DNA from: an uncultured Actinomycetes bacterium
GTDB taxonomy: Bacteria > Actinomycetota > UBA4738 > HRBIN12
Reading direction: 5' to 3'
DNA length: 64,000 nucleotides
Assembly (NCBI GenBank): GCA_963704725.1
Contig: OY969934.1
Coordinates: forward strand, 1,696,001-1,760,000
Shown here: piece after piece, positions 42,251-50,398 of the stretch
How positions within the stretch are numbered: position 1 is the first letter of the stretch
Layout: every line of letters starts with the position of its first letter
Notes under the pieces: model-generated
The model's input: only the letters and a program-made list of their open reading frames with translations
Told to the model about the DNA's origin: nothing
Database searches by the model: none
Translations under genes and position numbers: made by a program

Positions 42251-42814
42251 TCACACCAGTGGGTCGAGGCCGTTGAGCTCACAGAAGCGCTCCCACGTGA
42301 CGGGGTTGTCAGCGTCCTCAGGACCGGGTGGCAGAGCCCAGTACGAGATCACCTCGTTGTACGTCCAGTAGCCGGTGGCCGGGCCGACTCGGTAGAGCAC
42401 ATCTCCGAGGTCCGCGAGCCGTCCGAGGGCGAGCGCGATGAACACCGAGGCTGTGTACGGCTTGTTTCGCTCGATCCTCGTGTGTGAGTAGTCGGCAATC
42501 AGCCGCTGGTAGACCTGGGGACGAAGCTCGCCGTAGCGGTGCTCGACGACGCCGTATTCGACGTACGCCTCACCTTGAACGAGGCAACGAGGAAGATCCT
42601 CGTACAGCCCGAGCTCGGCGGTCTTACCCTCCATCGCCGGCTGGTTCACGCGCTCGGTCGCGGTCGCCTGCCAGACGTAGGCTCCTCTTGGATGGCGGTC
42701 GTTCCAGCATGTGTACCGCCAAAGCGCCGGGCCGATGGCCTCGATCTCGATCCGATCGTCGCGCGAACAGAGCGGACAGACCTGTCGCGCCGGACGGCGG
42801 GGCGGCGCGCTCAT
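42251..42814 (-). CDS. Hypothetical protein with N-terminal zinc-ribbon-like motif
   Basis: CPLC...C...H N-terminus, aromatic-rich C-terminus; starts 4 nt after the GIY-YIG stop. Confidence 0.65.
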   Translation of the reverse strand: MSAPPRRPARQVCPLCSRDDRIEIEAIGPALWRYTCWNDRHPRGAYVWQATATERVNQPAMEGKTAELGLYEDLPRCLVQGEAYVEYGVVEHRYGELRPQVYQRLIADYSHTRIERNKPYTASVFIALALGRLADLGDVLYRVGPATGYWTYNEVISYWALPPGPEDADNPVTWERFCELNGLDPLV

Positions 42815-42818
42815 ACCG

Positions 42819-43217
42819 CTACTCCCACCAGTCCTCGAGGCGGCGAGACCGTACCCGGCGGAGCTTCGCGAAGCCGCGCTGTGTGTTCAGCCGGTTCGCG
42901 GTGGAGTCTTGGCGGTAGATATGGCGCAGGAGCCCCTCGAGCTCCTCGATCTCCTCGCCGCGTACGTTGTCGAACACCTCGAAGATGGAGAAGTGGGTCC
43001 ACAGATCACCCTTCTGTGCACTCCGAGCGTGGGCGCGCAGCCTCCCTCGCACGCTCTGCCTGGCCATCCCGACATACACGACGTCGTACCGACCGGTCCG
43101 CCGGCGCCACCGGAGGAGCGCGTAGATCCCTCGAGTCCCTGGTGGGATCACGTTGATGTCTGCGCGCGGCTGGCACTCAATGCATCGCTTGAACAGCTTG
43201 AGCTCGGTCTCTGGCAC
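42819..43217 (-). CDS. Small GIY-YIG nuclease-family protein
   Basis: GIYALL-x10-VVYVGMA, RGRL..H, conserved Glu helix (EELEGLL) and Asn (LN). Confidence 0.78.
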   Translation of the reverse strand: MPETELKLFKRCIECQPRADINVIPPGTRGIYALLRWRRRTGRYDVVYVGMARQSVRGRLRAHARSAQKGDLWTHFSIFEVFDNVRGEEIEELEGLLRHIYRQDSTANRLNTQRGFAKLRRVRSRRLEDWWE

Positions 43218-43287
43218 CGGGCGAGAGCGTAGTCGGTCGGAAGGGCCGAGTTGCCATGCGTACACAGCTCCGATAACGTACATACAC

Positions 43288-43515
43288 ATGGCCCGGCGGA
43301 CGACTATCGAGCTCGACGAGGAGCTGCTCGCGCGGGCCAAGCGTGCGCTCGGCGCGCGAACGACCCGTGCCACGGTCGAGGAGGCGCTCCGTCGCGCCGC
43401 CGACCAGGCCGAAGGCGAGCGAGCCCGCAGAGCCGCTGGCCAGCGCGAGTACCTGGCAGGGCTCTCCAAGCGCGTCGACCTTGACGTGCTCGCGTCGGAG
43501 GACATGTGGCGGTAG
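43288..43515 (+). CDS. vapB: VapB antitoxin (RHH type)
   Basis: RTTIELDEELLARA...TVEEALR; overlaps vapC; probably leaderless. Confidence 0.9.
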   Translation: MARRTTIELDEELLARAKRALGARTTRATVEEALRRAADQAEGERARRAAGQREYLAGLSKRVDLDVLASEDMWR

Positions 43516-43907
43516 CCGGCTGGCTCCTCGACAAGAGCGCCGCCGCCCGTTCGGCGGACCAGGCGGTGGCACGGGAGCTGGCCGAAATGGCGGGCGAGCT
43601 CTACCTCTGCGCCGTCGGCGAGCTCGAGCAGCTGTACTCGGCCCGTTCCGCGAAGGACTACGACCGTCTCAAGAGCGACCTGATGGAATCGTTCGAGGTG
43701 GTGAGCCCGCCGCCCGATCTGTTCGAGCGGGCGCTCGCGCTCCAGCAGGACCTCGCGCACCATCACGGGATGTGGCACCGGACGCCGATCCCGGATCTGC
43801 TCATCGCCGAGACCGCGCTCCACCACGGGCTCGGCGTGGTCCACGTCGACCGGGACTACGAGCGCATCGCAGAGGTTCGGCCGCTCACCGTCCGGCGTCT
43901 CGGGTGA
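43506..43907 (+). CDS. vapC: VapC PIN-domain ribonuclease toxin
   Basis: WLLDKSA, ELEQLYSAR, PDLLIAETA, HVDRDYERI. Confidence 0.93.
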   Translation: MAVAGWLLDKSAAARSADQAVARELAEMAGELYLCAVGELEQLYSARSAKDYDRLKSDLMESFEVVSPPPDLFERALALQQDLAHHHGMWHRTPIPDLLIAETALHHGLGVVHVDRDYERIAEVRPLTVRRLG

Positions 43908-43941
43908 TGATCTGGGCGGGCGATCCGGTCGCACGTAGCCG

Positions 43942-44292
43942 ATGGCGCTCGCCGAGCTGGTTCGCCGAGGCGCAGAGGCCAAAGTGGCAGCGTTCTGCGA
44001 GCGCCGCGTGCCGGCGCACGTGCGGGACAAGGTGCGGCTGGAGCACACCGTTCGCGGAAACGCCATAACGGTCATCGAGCGCAGACCCCCCTGGCGCGAG
44101 GACTTCGTTCCGGAGTGGTCGTCGATGAAGATCGCCCAGCTCCGCTACGACGCCACGAGTCGGACGTGGACGCTGTGGTGGGCGGATCGGAACGGTCGCT
44201 GGGACCGGTGTTGGGACGTGGGGGAGACGTCGGACATCGACGAGCTGCTGGCCGAGATCGACGAAGACCCGACCGGCATCTTCTGGGGCTGA
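43942..44292 (+). CDS. DUF3024-like protein
   Basis: ITVIERRPPW, IAQLRY, WTLWWADRNGRW, EIDEDPTGIFWG. Confidence 0.85.
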   Translation: MALAELVRRGAEAKVAAFCERRVPAHVRDKVRLEHTVRGNAITVIERRPPWREDFVPEWSSMKIAQLRYDATSRTWTLWWADRNGRWDRCWDVGETSDIDELLAEIDEDPTGIFWG

Positions 44293-44340
44293 CCGAACAC
44301 CTGGTTGCCAGGACGGACCGGTAAGTGCTATGCAGTAAGT

Positions 44341-44817
44341 ATGAGTCAGGTACATGCCCAGATCGCACAGCAGGAGTTCGACCTCGACGCGGACACGATC
44401 TCTCGGCGGCTCCGGGACACCGAGCCGGAGCCCCTGGACGAGCATTTTGTCGTCGTGTCTGGGAAGAGGTTCCCGCCCAAGCAGGTGATCGGAGAGGTCA
44501 CGGGGCTGGATCGATCGGATTTCAACACCCACCAGGCTCGCCGGATTCTGAGCCGCCTCGGGTTCACGGTTGGCCGGAGGAGCCGCGACGTGGCCGTCGG
44601 CCGGCCGGACGCAGCCAAGCCAGGACCCGACGACGAAGCCGAGATGCTCAGGCCGTTCATGGGGAAGTGGGTCGCCCAGCGCGGGCTCGAGGTCTTGGTC
44701 GCCGCAGACACGCCACAGGCCGTGCTGGCCTGGCTCGAGCGACACAACCAGTGGGCGGATGCGATGTTCCGAGTGCCGACGGATGAGTCCGATGCGATGG
44801 GCGCCGCGCCCGCATGA
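44341..44817 (+). CDS. Putative DNA-binding N-terminal domain (SCO5918/ScoMcrA-N-like) fused to a DUF5678-like domain
   Basis: HFVVVSGKRFPPKQV...F...QARRILSRLGF, then FMGKWVA..G.EVLVAADT. Upstream TTGCCA-N18-TATGCA with extended TG sits 6 nt before ATG 44341. Confidence 0.7.
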   Translation: MSQVHAQIAQQEFDLDADTISRRLRDTEPEPLDEHFVVVSGKRFPPKQVIGEVTGLDRSDFNTHQARRILSRLGFTVGRRSRDVAVGRPDAAKPGPDDEAEMLRPFMGKWVAQRGLEVLVAADTPQAVLAWLERHNQWADAMFRVPTDESDAMGAAPA

Positions 44818-45215
44818 GGTTCGACTTCAAGAAGCTGCCCGGCCAACCGGGGAAGTACCGGCGACCCGCCGTCCCCGTGATCGTCGAGGGGTTGGTTCGG
44901 GCGCCCCAGCTCTGTCTCCTGGACACCGGAGCCCTGCACAACCGGTTCGCCGGCTGGGTCGCGGAGGCCGCGGGGATTGATCTCGTCGGCGCGGAGGAGG
45001 AGCGGTTCGCGCTGGGAGGGTTCGAGGCGGTGGGCCGGCGGGCCGACGTCCAGCTCACACTCGACGGCGTCACCTGGGAGGCGCCGGTGTGGTTCTGCGA
45101 GCCATGGCCGCTGTCGTTTCACCTCCTCGGCCAGGAGGGGTTCTTCGCGTGGTTCGACGTCCGGATCCGGGCGGCGCATTTCCAGGTCGATATCGTCCCT
45201 GAGGTACAGGGGTGA
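44814..45215 (+). CDS. Retropepsin-like (clan AA) aspartic protease
   Basis: RPAVPV, LLDTGA catalytic motif, flap GG, LLGQEGFF; ATGA-coupled upstream and GTGA-coupled to hsdR. Confidence 0.8.
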   Translation: MRFDFKKLPGQPGKYRRPAVPVIVEGLVRAPQLCLLDTGALHNRFAGWVAEAAGIDLVGAEEERFALGGFEAVGRRADVQLTLDGVTWEAPVWFCEPWPLSFHLLGQEGFFAWFDVRIRAAHFQVDIVPEVQG

Positions 45216-48200
45216 GGATCACCAAGGAAGTCGCGTTCGAGGACGCCATCGAGGCGCACCTGCTCGACCAGGCCGGCTACACGCGCGGTGTCACCATCAA
45301 CTACGACCCTGCGCTCGCGATCGACACGGCCGAGCTCTTCACGTTCATCGGCGCGACCCAGGCAGAGACCTGGGAGGACCTCGTGCAGCGCAACGGGGGC
45401 GACCCCGACGTCGCCCAGCGCCGGTTCGCCGACCGCCTCGCGAAGCAGATCGACGAGCGAGGAACGGTTGACGTCCTGCGCCACGGCGTCGACGACCTGG
45501 GCGTGCACATCCGGCTCGCGTACTTCCGGCCCGCCTCGGGTCTGAACTCGGACCTCCAGCAGAAGTACGACGCGAACCGACTGACCGTGGTCCGGCAGCT
45601 CCACTACGCGCCGGACCACGCGAACGCGCTCGACCTCACGCTGTTCCTGAACGGCCTCCCGGTCGCCACGGCCGAGCTGAAGAACCCCCTGACGCATCAG
45701 ACCGTCGAGCACGCCGTGGCGCAGTACCGGACGGACCGGGATCCCAGGGACGCGCTCCTCGGCCGCCGGGCGATCGTGCACTTCGCCGTCGACCCCGACC
45801 TGGTCATGATGACGACGAAGCTCGAGCGCGGGGCCACGCGGTTCCTGCCGTTCAACCGGGGCGGCGACCCGGGCGCGACGGCCTGCGGTGCAGGGAATCC
45901 GGCGAGCCCCGGCGGCTACGCCACCTCCTACCTCTGGGAGCGGGTCTGGGAGCGGCACGCGTGGCTGGACCTTCTCAGCCGCTTCGTCCATCTGGAGCGA
46001 TCGGTGCCGGGGAGCAAGGCGAAAGCGGCCGTTCGCGACGCCACGCTCCTGTTCCCGCGGTATCACCAGTGGGACGCGGTCCGCCGCCTCGAGGCGCACG
46101 CGCGCGCGCACGGAGCGGGACGGAACTACCTGGTCCAGCACTCGGCCGGCTCGGGCAAGTCGAACACGATCGCGTGGCTCGCCCACCGGCTCGCCTCGCT
46201 CCACGACCCGCAGGACCGCAAGATCTTCGAGAAGGTCGTGATCGTCACCGACCGGAAGGTCCTCGACCGCCAGCTCCAGGACACGGTCTACGAGTTCGAG
46301 CACGCCCATGGCGTCGTGAAGAAGGTCGAGGAGTCCTCGAAGGAGCTCGCCGAGGCCCTCCGTTCCGTCGAGGCGAAGATCGTCGTCACGACCCTGCAGA
46401 AGTTCCCGTTCGTCGTGGACGAGGTCGCGGCCCTGCCCGAGCGCCGGTACGCCGTCGTCGTCGACGAGGCGCACTCGTCCCAGACGGGGGAGGCCGCCCA
46501 GGAGATGAAGAAGGCGCTCGGCGGCGTGACGGTCGAGACGGGCGACGAGGGCGAGATCGACCCCCAGGACGCCGTCGACGCGCTCGTCGAGGCCTCCGCG
46601 AGGGCCCGCGGCCCGCACGACAACCTGTCGATGTTCGCGTTCACGGCGACGCCCAAGGCGAAGACGCTCGAGCTGTTCGGCGAGCCCCCGGACGAGGACG
46701 GCCGGCACCGCCCGTTCCACCTCTACTCGATGCGACAGGCGATCGAGGAGGGGTTCATCGTGGACGTCCTCGAGCACTACACGACCTACGAGACCTACTT
46801 CCGCCTGGCGCGAGCGGGGGAGGAGGATCCCGAGGTCCCGGTGCGCGAGGCCTCGAAGGCGATCGCGCGCTACGTGATGCTGCACCCCTCGGTCGTCGAG
46901 CAGAAGGCCGCGATCGTGGTCGAGCACTTCCGCCGGTCCACGCGCGACCGCATCGGCGGCCGGGCCAAGGCGATGGTGGTCTGCCGGTCCCGCCTGTCCG
47001 CGGTCCGATTCCGCCTCGCGATCGACGCGCACGCGCGGGAGCATGGCTACGGCGACGTCGGCACACTCGTGGCCTTCTCCGGGACGGTCACCGACGACGG
47101 CGTCGACTACACCGAGCCGAACATGAACGGCTTCTCCGAGTCGCAGACGGCGGAGCGGTTCGCCTCCGACGAGCACCGGATCCTGGTCGTGGCGGAGAAG
47201 TTCCAAACCGGGTTCGACCAGCCCCTGCTCCACACGATGTTCGTGGACAAGAAGCTCGAGGGCGTGAACGCCGTCCAGACGCTCTCCCGGCTGAACCGGA
47301 TCCACCCGGACAAGGAGGACACGTTCGTCCTGGACTTCGTGAACGACGCCGAGCAGATCCAGCGCGCCTTCGCGCCCTACTACGACGCCGCGATCGCGGT
47401 GCCGACCGACCCGAACGAGCTGTACGACGCCTGGCGGGAGGTCGACCGGTTCGGCGTGGTCTGGTCCGAGGACGTGGAGGCGCTCGCCCGCTTGTACTTC
47501 GGCCCCGCCGCCACCCAGGCCAAGCTCTACGCCCTGCTCGACGCCGCGCGCGAGCGGTTCACGGACCTGGACGAGACCGAGCAGGAGGAGCTCCGGACCT
47601 GGCTGAAGCGCTTCGTCTCGCGGTACGGGTTCATCTCCCAGGTCCTGCCGATGGCCGACACGGCGATGGAGAAGCGCTACGTCTACTGCCGGCTGCTCGA
47701 GCGGGTCCTGCCCTCGGCGCCGAGCGGCTCGATGGATCTCGGCGACCGGCTCGCGATGACGCATCTCCGGGTGACGAGGACCGGGGAGCACGACCTGAGC
47801 CTGGAGAAGGGGGGCGGGGTCCTGCGCGCGTTCGGCGAGGGTGGCCCCGGCGGCTACGAGGACCTGCTCGCACCGCTGTCCGAGCTGATCGGCCGGATGA
47901 ACGAGCTGTTCGGCGCAGACCTGTCCGAGGCCGACCTCCTGCACCTCGAGGGCATCGGCGCCGACATGGTGGCCAACCCGGAGGTCCAGCAGCAGGCGGC
48001 CGCCAACACGGTGGAGAACTTCGGGATCGAGTTCGACAAGCGGTTCACCGACGCCGTGGCCGCCCGGATGAGCCAGGCCGAGGAGCTCACGATCCGGATC
48101 CTCGACAAGCCCGAGTTCCGCGAGGAGGTCGTTCGGGCCCTAATGCCGCGGGTGTACGAGCGGGCCCGGGTCGCCCACCAGCGGACGTGCCCGATCGGGG

Positions 48201-48715
48201 AGCTGCTGGCCCGACCCGAGGACAAGCACCTCGAGTTCAAGTCCACGCTGCGGTGGGACCTGAAGACGGGGGAGAAGAGCCGTCTCGTCGAGGCGGCGTC
48301 GATCAAGACCGTCGCCGCCTTCCTGAACTCCGAGTTCGGCGGGACGCTCCTGGTCGGGGTCGGGGACGACGGGGCGGTCGCGGGCCTGGAGCCCGACTAC
48401 GCCACGCTCCGCAAGGCCGGCAAGGCGGACGCGGACCTGTTCCTCCTGCACCTCAACCAGGTGCTCGAGAACGCCGTCGGGCTCGCGGCGGCCGCGAACG
48501 TCACCACCACGGTCCACCGGGTCGATGGCCACGACCTGTGCCGGGTCCACGTCGAGCCTTCGGGGCACCCCGTCGACGCCGAGGTCGCGGTCGCCGACCC
48601 GCAGGGTCAGCTCGGCAGGAAGCGCGTCTTCTACATCCGCCTCAACAACGGGACCCGGGCGATCGAGGACGAGCGGGAGCGGGAGCGCTTCGTCGCCCAT
48701 CGCTGGGGCACGTAG
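45212..48715 (+). CDS. hsdR: Type I R-M restriction subunit R with C-terminal AlbA_2/Schlafen-like domain
   Basis: Nuclease LDLTLFLNGLPVATAELK, Walker A HSAGSGKS, DEAH, FTATP, QTGFDQP, QTLSRLNR. C-terminal PEDKHLEFKSTL...AAFLNSEFGGTLLVGVGDDG...YIRLNNGT. Confidence 0.95.
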   Translation: MRITKEVAFEDAIEAHLLDQAGYTRGVTINYDPALAIDTAELFTFIGATQAETWEDLVQRNGGDPDVAQRRFADRLAKQIDERGTVDVLRHGVDDLGVHIRLAYFRPASGLNSDLQQKYDANRLTVVRQLHYAPDHANALDLTLFLNGLPVATAELKNPLTHQTVEHAVAQYRTDRDPRDALLGRRAIVHFAVDPDLVMMTTKLERGATRFLPFNRGGDPGATACGAGNPASPGGYATSYLWERVWERHAWLDLLSRFVHLERSVPGSKAKAAVRDATLLFPRYHQWDAVRRLEAHARAHGAGRNYLVQHSAGSGKSNTIAWLAHRLASLHDPQDRKIFEKVVIVTDRKVLDRQLQDTVYEFEHAHGVVKKVEESSKELAEALRSVEAKIVVTTLQKFPFVVDEVAALPERRYAVVVDEAHSSQTGEAAQEMKKALGGVTVETGDEGEIDPQDAVDALVEASARARGPHDNLSMFAFTATPKAKTLELFGEPPDEDGRHRPFHLYSMRQAIEEGFIVDVLEHYTTYETYFRLARAGEEDPEVPVREASKAIARYVMLHPSVVEQKAAIVVEHFRRSTRDRIGGRAKAMVVCRSRLSAVRFRLAIDAHAREHGYGDVGTLVAFSGTVTDDGVDYTEPNMNGFSESQTAERFASDEHRILVVAEKFQTGFDQPLLHTMFVDKKLEGVNAVQTLSRLNRIHPDKEDTFVLDFVNDAEQIQRAFAPYYDAAIAVPTDPNELYDAWREVDRFGVVWSEDVEALARLYFGPAATQAKLYALLDAARERFTDLDETEQEELRTWLKRFVSRYGFISQVLPMADTAMEKRYVYCRLLERVLPSAPSGSMDLGDRLAMTHLRVTRTGEHDLSLEKGGGVLRAFGEGGPGGYEDLLAPLSELIGRMNELFGADLSEADLLHLEGIGADMVANPEVQQQAAANTVENFGIEFDKRFTDAVAARMSQAEELTIRILDKPEFREEVVRALMPRVYERARVAHQRTCPIGELLARPEDKHLEFKSTLRWDLKTGEKSRLVEAASIKTVAAFLNSEFGGTLLVGVGDDGAVAGLEPDYATLRKAGKADADLFLLHLNQVLENAVGLAAAANVTTTVHRVDGHDLCRVHVEPSGHPVDAEVAVADPQGQLGRKRVFYIRLNNGTRAIEDERERERFVAHRWGT

Positions 48716-48734
48716 GCTCCTCGCGAGCCGAGGG

Positions 48735-48758
48735 AATCCGACCTCGCTGATAGGATTT
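48735..48758 (+). promoter_or_regulatory. Rrf2-like operator, copy 3, overlapping a TAGGAT -10 for sufD
   Basis: AATCCGACCTCGCTGATAGGATTT; TAGGAT at 48751, 9 nt before the sufD ATG; no SD. Confidence 0.6.
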
Positions 48759-48765
48759 CGTCAGC

Positions 48766-50076
48766 ATGCCTGAGACCATCCAGAGGGGATTCGACGAAGC
48801 GGCGCTCGCCTCGCTCCCGCCGACCGCGCCGTTCGTCGAGACCCTGCGCAAGCAGGCCTTCGAGCAGTTCCTGGCCCTTCCGATCCCCTCGCAGGAGACC
48901 GAGGAGTGGCGGTACACCGACCTGGAGGACCTCGATCTCGACCTCCGACCGTTCGCGGAGGGCGGCGGTCCCGAGGGGATGACCGCGCACGGCGTGCTCG
49001 CCGCCGCCGCCGTCGTCGGTGAGCGGGCCGGCCTCCAGGTCCAGCGGAACTCGGAGGTCATCTCCACGCGGCTGGTCGAGGGGCTGGCCGAGCGGGGCGT
49101 GTGGTTCGGAGACCTCGATCGCGCCGTCCAGGAGCGGCCGGACCTCGTGGAGCCGTACCTCCACGGGCTGGTGGCGACGGATCGCTCGAAGTTCACGGCC
49201 CTCCACGCGGCCTTCCGCGCCGGTGGCACGTTCCTGTACGTCCCGGCCGACGTCCGCATCGCGCTCCCCGTCCAGACGCTGACCTACGTGGACGTGGACG
49301 GGGCGGCCGTGTTCCCCCACACGCTCGTCGTCGCGGAGCGGGGCTCCGAGGTCACGTTCATCGACCGGTACGCCTCGCCGGCGCTCGAGCGGACCCTCTC
49401 CTCGGCCGTCGCCGAGATCTACGCGAACGACGGCGCGCGCGTGCGGTACGTGGCGCTCCAGGAGTTCGGGGAGGGCGTGACGCATCTCGCCGTCCAGCGC
49501 GCCCGCGTCGGCCGCGACGCCGCCCTGCGAACGCTCGGCGTGGCGTTCGGGGCGACGATGGCCCGCGCGGAGGTCGAGACGGTCTTGGACGGGGACGGGG
49601 GCTCGAGCGAGATGCTCGGTGTCTACTTCGGCGACGGCGACCAGCACATCGACCACCGCTCGATCCAGGACCACGTCGGATCGCGGACCTCGAGCGACCT
49701 GCTCTACAAGGGCGCGATGCGCGACAGCTCGAACGCGATCTACACGGGGACCGTGATCATCGAGCAGGGCGCGCACCAGTGCAACGCGTACCAGACCAAC
49801 CGCAACATCCTGCTGTCGGAGTCTTCGCGGGCCCATTCGGTCCCGAACCTGGAGATCCTCACGAACGACCCCACCCGCTGCGGCCACGCCGCCAGCGTGG
49901 GCCCGGTCGGCGACGACGAGCTCTTCTACCTCATGAGCCGGGGGATCCCGGAGAAGGAGGCCGAGCGCCTCATCGTGTTCGGCTTCTTCCAGGAGGTGCT
50001 GGACCGGGTGGAGATCCCCGAGATCCGCGACGGGCTGGTCGCCGCGATCGAGGCCGAGCTGGCGAAGGGGTTCTGA
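48766..50076 (+). CDS. sufD: Fe-S cluster assembly protein SufD
   Basis: [47 protein letters not shown]. Confidence 0.96.
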   Translation: MPETIQRGFDEAALASLPPTAPFVETLRKQAFEQFLALPIPSQETEEWRYTDLEDLDLDLRPFAEGGGPEGMTAHGVLAAAAVVGERAGLQVQRNSEVISTRLVEGLAERGVWFGDLDRAVQERPDLVEPYLHGLVATDRSKFTALHAAFRAGGTFLYVPADVRIALPVQTLTYVDVDGAAVFPHTLVVAERGSEVTFIDRYASPALERTLSSAVAEIYANDGARVRYVALQEFGEGVTHLAVQRARVGRDAALRTLGVAFGATMARAEVETVLDGDGGSSEMLGVYFGDGDQHIDHRSIQDHVGSRTSSDLLYKGAMRDSSNAIYTGTVIIEQGAHQCNAYQTNRNILLSESSRAHSVPNLEILTNDPTRCGHAASVGPVGDDELFYLMSRGIPEKEAERLIVFGFFQEVLDRVEIPEIRDGLVAAIEAELAKGF

Positions 50077-50078
50077 CG

Positions 50079-50393
50079 ATGGCGCTCGTTCGGATCTGCG
50101 GGGTCGGCGACGTGCCGGAGGGCGAGGTCCGCCGGTTCGAGCTCGACCACCGGCCGTTCGCCGTGGTGAACCTTGGCGAGGAGGGGTTCCGGGCGGTCGA
50201 CGCGATCTGCTCGCACGCGCACTACTTCCTGGACGAGGGCGACGTGGACGTGGACTTCGAGACGGTCGAGTGCCCGAAGCACGGCTCGACGTTCGACCTC
50301 AACACGGGCAAGCCGCGGACCCTGCCGGCCACGCAGCCGGTCGAGGTGTTCGCGGTGAAGGTGGAGAACGACGACGTGATGATCGAGGTGTGA
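50079..50393 (+). CDS. Rieske [2Fe-2S] ferredoxin
   Basis: CSH ... CPKHGSTFDL. Confidence 0.93.
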   Translation: MALVRICGVGDVPEGEVRRFELDHRPFAVVNLGEEGFRAVDAICSHAHYFLDEGDVDVDFETVECPKHGSTFDLNTGKPRTLPATQPVEVFAVKVENDDVMIEV

Positions 50394-50398
50394 GGACG

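Larger units (their letters stand above)
36959..48730. mobile_element. Defence-type genomic island separating sufB from sufD (no integrase seen)
   Basis: Normally adjacent sufB and sufD are ~11.8 kb apart. Cargo is R-M, TA and nuclease genes. The 40.9-44.8 kb stretch has visibly more A/T-ending codons. Confidence 0.7.

Noticed and set aside
44294-44307. Possible second SOS box CGAAC-ACCT-GGTTG before the protease-hsdR unit
   Set aside because: The right half-site has two mismatches to GTTCG; too weak to call.
45119-48750. Long antisense and off-frame ORFs over hsdR (941 aa, 929 aa), and similar ones throughout the window
   Set aside because: Shadow ORFs expected from high GC3 and stop-codon scarcity; no motifs or RBS.
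36963-48765. CGTCAGC 7-mer just after the sufB stop (36963-36969) and just before the sufD ATG (48759-48765) as a target-site duplication
   Set aside because: Seven GC-rich bases can match by chance and no integrase is present. It would also place the sufD operator and -10 inside the island. Needs an empty-site genome to test.
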